In this document: piece after piece, positions 39,112-51,806 of the stretch
Layout of the letters: each line of letters starts with the position of its first letter
How positions within the stretch are numbered: position 1 is the stretch's first letter
Translations under genes and position numbers: made by a program
The notes under the pieces: model-generated
Database searches by the model: none
Told to the model about the DNA's origin: nothing
What the model saw: the letters and a program-made list of their open reading frames with translations, nothing else
Sequence record: KT919973.1
Reading direction: 5' to 3' (one strand)
Length of the DNA stretch: 64,000 bases

Positions 39112-41396
39112 ATGACAATAGCACAGTTTCAACAAGATGAATTATACGAGCGTTCTGATTTTAAAGTGCCAGAAAAGCCACCGATTCGTAAGACACGCTG
39201 TAAAGTAACTGAAGAAAAAGAAGATAAGAAAATACTCAAAATCATTATGATTTGGTTCTTCGTGACTATAGCAGGTATCGCATTGTCAGCTTGCTTCGGG
39301 CTACTGTCAAACAAGATTGAAATCGGTGACCGTTATTATCTTCTAAACGATGTGGGATGGGAGCGAAGTCAGAGTGTTGATTTTGGCATTGTTGTAACTG
39401 ACGTGAATTACAATGCTGAGAGAATACGTTACAAGTACATTGGATTGGATGCGCTACCTGAGAAAGAAATGTCGTTTACGGCGCTAGAGTATTCTTATGT
39501 CCATGAAGACAGCGTTGACATCAATACTACAACGGAGAAAACAAAATGACCGCCCCGAGATTCGTAGGTTTAATTGTAACTACATGGATTGCCATTATTG
39601 TTTTCTTCATGATCCACATGACGGGATATTCGATATTCAAACCTGATATTAAAGTCGGTGATGTTTATCAAACTGTCAAGGTATCAGAATTCGCAAGCGA
39701 CCCCGACGAAGTGACGCAAATCGAAATCACTGAAATCAGCAAAGACGGCGAAGATGTTCGTTACATTTACAAAATGATAGACAATAAGGAGTATAACGAC
39801 GACCAGCAATATCAGTGGAAAATGAAAAAGCGTCACATATATCGCAACTACGAGAAAATTAATCATGAAAGCAACAGACAAGCAGATCGAACTATGTAAC
39901 TTGCTTATTGACAACGGCGCGCCGTTTGAACTCAAGCACCCGCATGAAGACAGCATTGAAGCTGCCGATCAGTTCATCAAAACGAATCGTCATTATCTAC
40001 AGCGTGGTATCGTCAAGCACGAGAACTATTACCACAAAGCAGTTGAGAACGGATTGATGCCTGAAGATATTGGTGTGTGGAATATGTAAAAAGTGGTTGC
40101 ATTGTCAAAACAGATACGTATAATGAACTCATCAACTGAAGAGAGAATCATTATGAAAAACACAAGCATCGACAAAGATTTGAAATGGGTTTTGAATTTA
40201 TTAATTGCAGCGTGCGTAATCGGGATTGCATTTATCGCGTGTCTGACTTACTCTTCGTTATCGAAGTCTGACACAGTTCTAAGAACGCTGACTACTGATT
40301 ACGGTAAAGTCGTGTCAGTATCATCATGTGATAGTCGAAAGAATTCAATAGATTGTTTAGTTAGAACTGACAAATACAATCTTGGTAGAATTCGCGTGAC
40401 AGATTACCCAGGTGATGATATGATATACGTCGGCGACAAAATCTTTCTAGAGCGTCGCGTATACGAAGATCGTGTTGAAACACGCAAAGGTCGTAACGGT
40501 TATACTGTAAGGTCTTCTGTATGTTACTCATGGATGCCATGTTTTGACAAATATGATAACAATTAATCGAGGGAATATATATGAGCTTTAAAACACGAGT
40601 GCAAATCTGGCGAGTTTCACGTTCAATCGTGATGTTCACTTACAATCTATTAGTTGCGGTCTCGCGTAGCTTCTAGAAAACGAGGGATGGTATGCAGTTC
40701 ACGCTATCCCTTAACGACTTATCACCAATGGGATTCGACGAGTTTAGTAAAACAGTCGATAAAGTCAGGGAAGAATTAGAGGAAGAGAATTATGAAAGTA
40801 GTGTACGAAAATGCGACAAAACACGAGAAAGGTTTATTAGTTTACTTGCATTTCAATGAAGAAACTGAATATCGTGTTGGTAAGAACGGTTCTGTTCAGC
40901 GTGGCAAGTCGTTTCACGGCAAAGTGAAGCGCGGTGAAAAGGTATACGCAAACGAACATGTAGTTGGTCACAAAAGCAACACAGTTGAAGAAGCGAACAA
41001 GCGAGTATTCAAATGAACGATAACGAACTAAAAGGCTTGCCTACGGACATCGATTTGCTAGAAACAGCAATTCAGTTACTCAAAGCAAAACCGTATGATC
41101 AGCGCCGTTTAGAACATTTAGCAAATGTTATGACTCGCGTTCAGCCTCAAGTGCTCAAGCGAAAAGCTGAACTTGACTGTTGGGCAGTGAAGCCATTCAC
41201 CAGAATGGACATGAAAAAGCTACAAATCGTACCAACGAATGGCGTGTTTTATCAAGATCAGTTGATTCACACGTACGACAAAGACGCTCAAGCGTTTCAT
41301 ATGCTTGATTATTTCAAAGAGAACGACATCAAATCATACGGTGAGTTTCTTGACCATCTTAGCGAATTGGAGAATAAAGTATGCACGCAGGTGTAA
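39112..41396 (+). other. Hypothetical CDSs: 39112-39549, 39546-39899, 39865-40089, 40153-40566 (own promoter at 40097-40124), 40792-41016, 41013-41396
   Basis: ORF track; TM anchors in several. Confidence 0.7.
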
Positions 41397-42361
41397 TTGG
41401 TAAATTTAACAACTACCATCAAGGTCATTTCAAGCTGATTAAGTTCGCGCTATCGCTTGCAGACAAAGTAACTGTTTTGCTTTGCACTGAAAACACAGAC
41501 CCGATTGATGTCGAAACACGCATGAAATGGATGCATCAAGATTTCGGTAATCGTATCTGCATCAAAGTGATCTGCCCGAGCGATGAAGGTCTATCTAATA
41601 AATCTGAATCAGATCGCGAAGTATCAAAGCAATGGGCTGAGTACATCGACGAGCATTTCCCAGAGATTGATGCATTCGTTGGTTCTGAGCAATACATCAA
41701 TTACTGTGCTGAGTACGGTAACTTCGATGGAATCATCTACGATGAAGCGCGTGAAATCACACCTTGCTCAAGTACTTCGGTTCGCGAGAACGATTCACAC
41801 GAGTTCTACAGCCCGAGCGCACAGCAAGATCGTGTAAAGAGAATTGCATTCATCGGTCCCGAGTCTTGTGGTAAGTCTTGGAACGCAGCATCAATCGCAG
41901 CCGCTAACGGTTATGAACTTGTACTTGAAGCAGCACGCGATATCATGAGTGACAATCACTACACTGAACACGACGTACTAGAGTTCGCGATTGCACAAAC
42001 TGCACGAATTGAAGCGACTGGTAAAGAAAGTGACACTGTAATCGTTGATTCTTCAGCCGTTACATCGGCTGTTTACAGTCAGTTTCAATTCAATCAATCA
42101 TCGGTTCTTCTTAATGCATTAGCTGCATTTGAAAGCATTGATGCTTACGTACTGTTTCGACCAAACTGCGAATTTGTTCAAGACGGGACTCGTACACAGT
42201 CACAAGAAGATCGCGAACGTTGGTTTGAACTTGCTAAATCTATGCTTCTTCGATTGAACAAACCATTCTTGATTGTTCAGAAAGGTAACAATTGGGAAGA
42301 ACGTTTACACGAAACAGCAAGTCATGTTTCATTACTGAGAGATAAAGTAAAATGGGTATAA
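41381..42361 (+). CDS. nadR: NadR-like NMN adenylyltransferase / nicotinamide riboside kinase (no HTH)
   Basis: GKFNNYHQGH (HxGH), SSTSVR; kinase P-loop IGPESCGKS; FVQDGTR. Confidence 0.85.
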   Translation: MHAGVIGKFNNYHQGHFKLIKFALSLADKVTVLLCTENTDPIDVETRMKWMHQDFGNRICIKVICPSDEGLSNKSESDREVSKQWAEYIDEHFPEIDAFVGSEQYINYCAEYGNFDGIIYDEAREITPCSSTSVRENDSHEFYSPSAQQDRVKRIAFIGPESCGKSWNAASIAAANGYELVLEAARDIMSDNHYTEHDVLEFAIAQTARIEATGKESDTVIVDSSAVTSAVYSQFQFNQSSVLLNALAAFESIDAYVLFRPNCEFVQDGTRTQSQEDRERWFELAKSMLLRLNKPFLIVQKGNNWEERLHETASHVSLLRDKVKWV

Positions 42362-43288
42362 TCTGGATTTCTAATATCGCTATTGTTGTTGCAACTTTGT
42401 TAGTTACAATAATCATGAAGTGTGTGTTTATGATGGACATCGAGTTTAATCGATATCTTGATAAGCTGCAACTTTTCAAATATCGTCACATATTCACCAA
42501 TAAAATGATGCATGAAATTACTAAAGATAAAGACGATATGGCGTTCTGGGCGTTTACATTCATGGTGTTTGACGTTGTTATATTGGGCTTGTTATGGTTA
42601 CTGAGCGTTGCGTTTCCTGTAATCGCATTTATCATACTCATTCTGATTCTAATTCGAATCATCGTTATTAAGGTGAAAAAATGTTAATAAAAACGGTCGG
42701 CGCAATACTGATCCTGATGTGGCTGATTAACTTAGCCACCCCTATTGTACTTTCTGTGGGCGGGACATTGATAAACTACATGTTTCGCAGTGAAATTCCG
42801 TTCGTAGATTGGGCTAGAGCTTATCAAGAATTCAAGTATGAATGGGCCACAAATGGGTTTATGCACAATGATGATCACGTCGTCGCGTACTTAATGTTTG
42901 ACTTGATTGTGGGATTCATAGTAACATTAATCAGCTTGTGGCTGTTAGAGCAAAGCGCCGTCATATGGTTTATGATTGCCATCCCATTCATTGTCCGATT
43001 TATTACAGGGTTTATTAAAAAATGAGTTTAACAGATTACAGCGAGAACGAACTGCGTGAAGAACTGCAACGTCGCGAAGCTGAACGAGAACTACGTGATA
43101 GTATTCAAGTAGTTCTTGGCAATACACCAGTTCAAGATGTAGAAGCACGACTTACTAGCCTAGCTCAATCTTACCTCGAAGATGAATTAAAAGATCGAGA
43201 AATAGACATGCAATGGGCGTATGAAGAAATAATGCAGCTCGTGTTTGGGCAAGATATCTTCAGCAAAATAAATCGCCTACGTCGCTAA
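42352..43288 (+). other. Two multi-TM hypothetical CDSs (42352-42687, 42681-43025) and 43022-43288
   Basis: Hydrophobic segments; coupled junctions. Confidence 0.7.
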
Positions 43289-43312
43289 CAACTACTTTGA
43301 GAGAAATATATT

Positions 43313-43987
43313 ATGTTTGATTTATTGTTTAACATTAACCACACTGTGTTTTCTATCGGTGATTATGCAGTGTCTGGTCTAGAACTATGGGCGACACTTA
43401 CAGGTTTAATCTGTGTTATCATGGCGAGAATGAACATGAAGCACAACTTCACAGTCGGTATTGTCAACTGCATCGGGTTTGCAATTCTGTTCTTCCAGAT
43501 TCAGTTGTATAGCGACGTGCTCTTACAAGGATTCTTCATTGCGATGTCGATTTTCGGCTTCTATCAGTGGAATAAGCAAGGTGAGAGCGAAGTCAAGATC
43601 AGATATTTAAAAATGCGCAAGTTCGTTGCTTCGATTGTCGCGACATTAGTCGGTACTGCTGCACTAGCTTACTTCATCGACCCGATTATGTACTTCAGTG
43701 GTTCACTACTCGTTACCGATTACGTACATATTCCTGCTGAACTTGCGGTACAAGACGCTTTCACGACAGTAGCAAGTATCATGGCGTTCATGTTAATGAT
43801 TCAGCGTAAAGTCGAAGCATGGTGGTACTGGGTTGCAGTTAACGTGGTATGCATTGTGAACTACAGCACACAAGGTGTAATTGTAGTTGCCGCTGAGTAC
43901 TGCATTTTCTTGGCAAACGCTGCGTATGCTATCGCAATCTGGCATAAAGAAGGCATGAAAAACGAATACATTGAGGTGAATTCATGA
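43313..43987 (+). CDS. pnuC: Nicotinamide riboside transporter PnuC
   Basis: Multi-TM; LYSDVLLQGFFIAMSIFGFYQW, DAFTTVASI, KVEAWWYWVAVN. Confidence 0.9.
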   Translation: MFDLLFNINHTVFSIGDYAVSGLELWATLTGLICVIMARMNMKHNFTVGIVNCIGFAILFFQIQLYSDVLLQGFFIAMSIFGFYQWNKQGESEVKIRYLKMRKFVASIVATLVGTAALAYFIDPIMYFSGSLLVTDYVHIPAELAVQDAFTTVASIMAFMLMIQRKVEAWWYWVAVNVVCIVNYSTQGVIVVAAEYCIFLANAAYAIAIWHKEGMKNEYIEVNS

Positions 43988-45891
43988 GACAAATCATATT
44001 CAACGGCTACAACGGCAAAGAAGTTGAAGAATTTCACAACGGGCTTGAATATATCCCACAAGAAGGTGAAATCAAATTCAACGGCAAGTACTACAAAGCA
44101 AATACCACGTTCTTGGTTGATGCAGATAATTGCCTTGGTGTTATCGACGATAGCACATGGGACGAAGTGAAAGACGCTGTAAACGGCGTTTTTAAGGCAA
44201 CTGGTGAATTCACGAAGCGTTTTCCAGACACTGACGTTGTAGCAGTTGTCTTTGATAACGCACTACCGCAAGCATTAGACAAAGCGTTGCAGCTTGCATT
44301 CATTCACAATCTCGACCGTAACAGCGTTGATTGTCAAGTCATGCTAAACGGTTACGAGCAACTAAAAACAAAAGGTTGGATTGGCGATGGTTGTTAAAGG
44401 GTTACCAGTTTATCTAGTTGGCTCACCGTGCATCATGATCGATGCGCAAACTAAAGCTCCACTAAATGGCACTGTTCAAGAAGATGTCGAAAAGCAAGTA
44501 TTGGAAATGCGAAGCTTCTTGAGCAAACCGAATTTGTGGCTTGAGAAAGTACTTGAAGAACTAGCGGACGGCGCGATTCAAGAAGGTGCAACTGCACTAT
44601 ACTTGTACGACGTTGACCATTATGCAGAAATCCCGAACACGGGTACCATTTACAAGATTCGAGGGGCGTGGGCATGACATATCGAAAGTTCGACTTACGT
44701 GAGAACTTCGAGCACTGCACTGACGAGCAAATGACGAATTTGCATTTCGTATTTGAGAAAGTCGAACCTTATTGGCGTGATTGCAAGATGCTAAGCGAAG
44801 AACAGCGTTATCGGTTAGCTCAGTGTCATACAATGGCGGTTGTTCAGACGTTAAGAAACATTATCATTGATCGTGAACGACATCAAATCATGGAACGATT
44901 ACGTCAAGAAGAAGCTGATCGGCTTTACGACGGTGATGTATCGAAGTTATATTTGTACTACCCACACCATCTTGTAGATGACGAATACAAAGTCAAAGCA
45001 CTATGGTGGGTTGAGTATTGTGATGAAGATATCGAAAATATCGAAGCTGCTCTTGTGAAAAGTAGCTATAGTGAAGGTCGCTTTATGACCCGTGATCGTT
45101 ATCACCTCGAAACGATGATGAATGTTTTTGATGTAGTACGTGAAAAACTTGAAAGAAGATACTTGATGTAGTGTTTTGATTCGTGTATACTCTTAAAAAA
45201 GGAGTATCACATGAACCAAGTACCAGATTTAATCTTCCATCTAATGAACGACAATGAAATCATCACAATGTGTTTCATTGTTGCTCTAACACTCGTGATA
45301 ATGCACGCAATTACGTTTAGAAATTGCGTTGTGTTATTCTTTTCATCATTTATTCACGGCATCATGACGTTTGTTGCCTTATTCTATACGCCTATGGGAG
45401 GCTAATATGAGCGCACCTAGTACTGCACATTTCTTCGCTGTTCATGAAGACGGCGAGCGAGAACATTTAGGTTATATTTTCTGCAACTGTGGTTGGGTCT
45501 TCCATGAAGAACACTTCTTGGCTGATCTTGCAGACGACATCGAACACAGCGCGATTCTAAACGGCACTATGAAGAAAGGTGTTGAGTGGGATTATGTCGA
45601 GGCATATGGCATGGTATGGTCAAAAGAAACTGTAATGAGCCATTTACCAGATCTCGCACCAATGAGAGGTGAGTGATGTTAGATGCGATTCACTTCACGA
45701 TCATCAAGTCACCGATCTTGTTCACTGTGATAGAAGCGTTTCTTCTTCTATTCACAGCGGGAGCAATGGAGTGGATACCAGAAACAGACGATTCAGAAAT
45801 CGGAATAGCTGTATGTTTGTTTTTGTTCTTTATGTCATTAATGGTATTCATTGCATACATGTGGGTTTTCTACGAACCATCATACTTCTAA
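43984..45891 (+). other. Hypothetical CDSs: 43984-44397, 44381-44677, 44668-45171, 45211-45405 (promoter TTGATG-17-TATACT at 45163-45191), 45371-45676, 45673-45891
   Basis: ORF track. Confidence 0.65.
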
Positions 45892-46010
45892 GACGCTTCG
45901 GCGTCTTTTTTTTTCGGGTTGAAGAAAATAATTGCAAAAAGTGGTTGCATGAAACAACGAATAGACCTAATATAGCTACATCGAAACGAAACACGAAAGA
46001 GAACATTATG
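45890..46010 (+). promoter_or_regulatory. Terminator AAGACGC-TTCG-GCGTCTT + early promoter cassette
   Basis: TTGCAT-17-TAATAT; ATCGAAACG at 45980; GAGAACATTATG. Confidence 0.9.
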
Positions 46011-49000
46011 AAAACTCATCTACGCGACAACGCAGTAACAAGCACAACTCACATCGAACTTGAAATCACAACTGAAGTACTAGGTTGGTTCAATAATGAA
46101 TTCAATCAAGCTGACGGCTGGGTGATTGTTGCACTAGATGAGTTCGAAAAAGCGTTTCTTGAAAATGCATCAATCGACCACTCAAATGTGTATCGCGTTA
46201 TGAACGATGATCGCACTAGCTTGTGTCGAATCGACGTTGAAAATGAAACATATGCGTTTCTCGACAACGGTGAGTTAATGGAAACTGGCATGTACAAATT
46301 CGAGCGACCTGCTAAGTATCGTTCACTGTACATTGACAGCAAAAATGAACTATTCAATCAAGGGAAATAATATGTTGAAACTAACTGTGTTTGATATTGA
46401 ACAAGTCGTTCAAGTAGGCATGCCGATTCGCGTACAGAACATTCGCACTGAAGAAGTCTTTACAACTCATGTCGGTTTGATTCGCGGTCACTACGTTGCA
46501 GTGTATGACGATGACAGCATTTACACGTTTACTGACGGGACTCGATTAGATGACTCTGAGCTGTTTCGTCTAGCAGACAACGCAACACTAACACACATTT
46601 AAAGGAAAACATCATGTTTGGTTTTGTAGAAGATATTTTCGATAGCGCAGTTAACACAGTTGATGATTTCATCAACGACCCGATTGGTCAGACTGTGCAT
46701 CACGCAACGTCACCGATTCGCGACGCAGTTGAGATCATCGACGGTCTAACTGAAGGCGAAATCAGAGGTATGGCTGTTGCTCGTCTAGGCGCAGATGTTG
46801 CGGCTGGCATGGCAATTTCAGAAATCATCGAAGAACTTGAGCTTGGAGAATAGTAGTGACAGTACAAAAAGAAATTGTCTGGAAACGTCACGTATATTTA
46901 ACGTACTATCATGCGTTTATAATCACGTTCAATGTATTCATTGCATCGTCAATGTATGAACATGCAGTACCGACAATCATCGGGTTGCTACCTGGGATGG
47001 CGATTGGTGTCAGTTCATGGCTAATTTTTGACATGTGGTTCGATAATAGAAAAACATTCGTTAAAGATGTGCAGGCTCCCGTAAAACATCTAGTCACTTA
47101 CCTTATTGAAAAGATGAGTAAGAAAAATGCCTAAAGCAATCTTCACACTATTTCGAATAGTAGCAATATATGCAGTTGGTGTAATGACACCTTCTTTATA
47201 CGCACACAGCCCAATGATGCTCATCGCACCTGCGATGGTTGTAATCGGGTTCGGTGTTTCACTAATGACGGATATAGTATCAAATGAAAAAAACTAAAAT
47301 CGACGCAAGAATCGGGATGTCGTCTCTTTGTGGTGTATCAGGTTCATTCCCGTTCGCACACGGCAATTACTGTAGCAACTCACAAGGTTATTACTTTGTC
47401 AACTTATGGGCAGAGAATCTTAAACATCTAGTAGCTAACGATTACTTGCCTGACGGGCAAATCGAAGTGCTGTTGTTTAGAGACAATATGCAACAGAACT
47501 ACGTTTATGCCTACGTTATTGACGAGCGTGTGCCGAAAGAAGCAATTCACGCGCCGTACTTCTGCGGTATTGCGACCTCAGTTGAGATTATGCGCTATCA
47601 TCATCAAACACCAGACGATAAATGTCTATGCCATTCTGAAGACCACAGATTGCTTAGTGTTCGTTCGCAAGACTTCAAAGGTCGTACAGTACGGCATTGC
47701 CCTGAGTGCGACACTCGCTACACTATTCAGATGCCAAGGCGCGACGCTATCTTCCGTGTTCAGACGTTTACCGAAGACGGCTGGGGTAAGTGGAAGCTAC
47801 TGTATCACAAGAACGGTGTTTTCTACACGATCCCTGAAAATGAGCCGGTAGCTGCCGAAGACATCATCAAGGTTGACGTGAAACCGGTGAATGAATTCGG
47901 TACTGGCGACGATCAGCAAGCGGCAATCTCGCTTGAGCAATTTAACTTCAGTGGCGTTGTTGAGAAAGCAATCCCACAAGAAGTAGACGGCAAGATTGAA
48001 TATATTGTACAAAAATAGTACAAAAATCGGCGTTCCTGCGGAGCTGAGTGTCTGGCGACACTGTTTCAGCTCCTTGGTTTATTGAGGTACTTATGGTATT
48101 CACTGAAGAGCAGCTTGATCAAGTCGAGCACAACTACTCGCATATTGATACTGTCAATCTTGCAGATAGAAAGGGCGTGCCACAAGCGAAGTATGTCATA
48201 GAGATACGACAAGGCACGTATACTAAATTCAAAACATCTTGGTTAAGTCAAGATTCATGCGAAGAGCGAGATATTGACCCAGAACTAGTCGGTTATTGGA
48301 TCTTATCAGACGCAATCGACCCTTATTGGTACTCAGTTCAAGAATGCTTAGAGAAGTACGAATGGGAACCAGCACACGAAGTAACAATCACAACATGGGA
48401 AGCAATTTAATGAGCACAAATTCAAGCATTAGCATTACACAAGAAAACGGTCAAGTTCGTTCAATCTACTGTCACTGGGATGGTGGTTTATGGGATGGTG
48501 GTGTTGCTGACAATCTACTTCAGTTCTACCGAACAGAAAACGAAATCAATGCACTTATCGATCAAGGTGAATGTAGCTCACTTAGTGGTACAATCGAAGA
48601 TAGCGTTTTCTACGCTCGTGATCGTGGTGAAGACCTTACGATCTACATCGACAACATCCCCGAGCAAGAATACAACTACATGTTTAAAGACGGTAAATGG
48701 TTTGTATGTTGTCCTGAAACAAATTGGGAAGATGTCGTTCTAACAAACGAGCTTCGAATTGAACTTGAAAACTGTGAAGACTAATCATGTCAAATTATCA
48801 ACCCGAAGAAATAATCAAAGACGCTTCTGGTAACGAATATCAGATCGGCGCGTATTATAAAGTCACTGAGACTGAACCCAATTGGGGATTTCGAGAATCT
48901 AGAATCGTACAGATGGTTCCTAATTTCGATTTTGCATATCATACAGTCGAAGAAGTTCACGGTGTATTCGGTACAATTCGCAAGCCGCCTCCGAAATTAA

Positions 49001-49600
49001 TCGAAGGCAAAGCATATATGTTCTGCATGTGTGATTCTAACGAGCGTAGCGTAGGCATATGGGGCGGAATAGACAAAGGCTTTGTATGCGGTCCCGTTCA
49101 ACTTAAAATGTCTCAAATCGACGCACAGACGCTATCAGAGGTATAGATGAAAACTACGTTCTTTAATGCATCGGGAAATGAAATGAGCTATCAATGGTTT
49201 CACGTACCGTTTGCTTATACAAAAGTGAATCTCGGTAACAAGCAATTGGTGATTGCTGAGATTTCACGTAATGTAAAACGCATCGCGTATGCATTACGAA
49301 ACAACGATACAGGTCGTATTGGTATTGTTCGCTTTAAACCGATTCATGAAGATCGTAAGCGCGGAAAATACTTCGAATACAAAGGTAATAAAGTTTTCTT
49401 GAAAGATGTCGGAGTTGTTCTATGAAGTGTGAAATCTGCGGACACCCTGACGGGTACAGTGATGGTGTTGGTATGATTCTGTGCAATGACTGCTACAGTT
49501 TAGCACGCAGACCATTTATTGCCTACACTGAAGAAGAAAAGCCAGTTATCGTGCCTCCGTCACTTATAGACAAAATCAAAAAACTTTTCGAAAAGGGTTG
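46008..49600 (+). other. Hypothetical CDSs: 46008-46370, 46333-46602, 46614-46853, 46856-47134, 47284-48018, 48048-48410, 48410-48784 (IYCHWDG motif), 48787-49146, 49147-49425, and a small Zn-finger ORF ending at 49600
   Basis: ORF track plus manual reading. Confidence 0.65.
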
Positions 49601-49666
49601 ACAGATGTCAGCCCTTTTTTGTATTATAGCTACATCGAAACGACAACGACTAAAGAGAACATTATG
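49591..49666 (+). promoter_or_regulatory. Terminator/promoter cassette
   Basis: AAAAGGGTTGAC-AGAT-GTCAGCCCTTTT; TTGACA-18-TATTAT; ATCGAAACG at 49634. Confidence 0.9.
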
Positions 49667-50982
49667 ATTACACTATCTACAAACAAAGAACAACTAGCTA
49701 TCTTCTGCGTACTTGATTCAGCACTAAGTGCTCCAATCATGAACTTTGTTAAAACAAAGACAGTTCTCGACTCTACCGTGTATGAACTTGAGTTGTTGTA
49801 CCATCTTGAGTTGTCACGCGAAGATGTTCTTGCATTAGCAAAAGCAGTTCAAGCAAGTGACTTCGATCACGTCGATGAAATCGGTCTTATCTTCAACGAA
49901 TCAATGTCAGAAATGCTTTTTGAAATCTACGAAGAAAACGACACAGAATCTGTTCACGGTATCGCACTATAAGGAGCGCATTATGATTTACTCATTATCA
50001 CCTGTACTTTGGTCTTTTCAAGATGTTGAGCGACAAACCGGTCTTCGAATTTGGGAAGAAATGATCTCTAACGTCGAAGGCACTGGCATTCGTTTGTTTG
50101 CTGCGAAGTACAATCAATTTGTTTTTGATGCAGTTCACCCTAGCATACCGCTATGTGATCACTTTAATGTACTCGAACCGCTAGATGCGACAATCAACTT
50201 TCATAAAAACAGCTACACGATTGTTATCATTACAGAAGATTCATTTGATGTGCTTTTCTCAGAGCGTGCAAGCGAACGTACAATCGCTGACGTTGAAGAT
50301 CTTATCAACAATTGTGCTGAAAGATGGAATGAAGATCGTCTATGCACGCACGAGCAGCGTTACATAATCGAGTGGTGCAGTGCTAGTCAAGACTACATCA
50401 TCAACACAGTGACATTTGACCGTAAGTGGGGTTAATCATGGAATGGCTTATTTTCTCGGGAGTATGTGCTTGTATTGCCATATATCTGACTTGCAAAAAA
50501 GACTGCAAGCATGACTGGATGATCGTCAAAGACGAAACAACGAAATCAAGTGGTGAAGTATACGGCGAAATGACAGGCAACGTCCCAACACCTCGTAACT
50601 CATATCACATGCAAGAACTCACGTCACGCAAGCGTATTATCATTATGACGTGCGTGAAATGTGGTAAGATAGACAAAACAGTGGAGACTATCTAATGCAG
50701 TACACGTTAGAATTACTAAATGAAAAGCTCGAATCTCTGAAGAAAAAACAATTCGGGTGGGTTGTAGCATTGCCTCACAAACAAGGTGGTGAAATTGCAG
50801 TTGTTCAGAAAATCATTTCTGACATTGCAGTACAGATTACATCAATCGAGCACGATATTAAACTTATCGAAGCTTCACGCGGGTTAAACGCAACGACTGT
50901 TAAGCAATTAGTTGATGAGCACTACCGTGTACATCACGGACTTGATGAAAACGACAACTTTATTACACGAGCGGCAGACTAA
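49664..50982 (+). other. Hypothetical CDSs: 49664-49972, 49857-50435, 50426-50695, 50695-50982
   Basis: ORF track. Confidence 0.7.
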
Positions 50983-51806
50983 TGGAAATTGAAATCGAAC
51001 GTAAATGGCTAGTTACTGGCGAACAATATCGCGAATTTGTAAACTGGCTGAGCTATCGTGACAGCGACACCACGGGGATGAACATATATCAACGTTATTT
51101 CAAGAAAAATGAAATCGCTTTTATTGATGGTTCGTTTTACATCAACAGTCGAGTGAAAGCACATCGCGGTTATCTAATCAAAGCACCGAAAGATTGCCCT
51201 GACTTAACTGCCGTGAATCTACGTAAGCTCGGTGCCCGTATGCGTCGAACTGTGCATGAAGATTCATCTGAAAGTCTTGAATTCACTATCAAGTTACCTC
51301 ACGGTGACGGAATTTCAAAGCGTGAAATCAACATTCCACTAGAGTCTGGTTATACAGATTTGATCGTTGATGCGATTGAGAAAGATGACAAGCTCAATCA
51401 CAATACAACTGAAGTGACACCAACTGGTTTGATTAAAAAAGTTCGTTGGTCTGGTGAAGTTGATGACGTGCATTATGACGCTGATCGATTCACCAATCGC
51501 CCGTTTTACATCATCGAAGCTGAATTCAATAACGAAGAAGATGCAGATGCATTCGTCGCGCCTTTTGAGTTCATTCGAGAAGTAACCGAAGATAAACGTT
51601 TCAGCAACAAGCGCATGGCATGGAATCACGATGTCGCAGATGGGTTGGTTAATAACATTCGCATGTACATCGAGCAGCTTGAGAAAGAAGCGAATGCATT
51701 GCGAGGTGACACGCTTGTTTCAATGCGCGAAAGCGTAACGAACGAAATCATGGCAGAACGTTACGAGAAAATTGCTCGTGACTTAAAACACATTGTAGGT
51801 GCGTAA
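50982..51806 (+). CDS. CYTH / triphosphate tunnel metalloenzyme
   Basis: EIERKWLV (ExExK), RMRR...FTIK, KREINIPL, KKVR, IIEAEF, EVTEDKRFSNKRMA. Confidence 0.85.
   Translation: MEIEIERKWLVTGEQYREFVNWLSYRDSDTTGMNIYQRYFKKNEIAFIDGSFYINSRVKAHRGYLIKAPKDCPDLTAVNLRKLGARMRRTVHEDSSESLEFTIKLPHGDGISKREINIPLESGYTDLIVDAIEKDDKLNHNTTEVTPTGLIKKVRWSGEVDDVHYDADRFTNRPFYIIEAEFNNEEDADAFVAPFEFIREVTEDKRFSNKRMAWNHDVADGLVNNIRMYIEQLEKEANALRGDTLVSMRESVTNEIMAERYEKIARDLKHIVGA

Noticed and set aside
40581-40790. Small or frameshifted gene between 40566 and 40792
   Set aside because: Only a 31-aa ORF and short alternative frames with no recognisable motif; cannot be supported
45669-46370. 233-aa ORF as one gene
   Set aside because: Its 5' part crosses a membrane-protein gene, a terminator and a promoter; the real start is ATG 46008 after the cassette RBS
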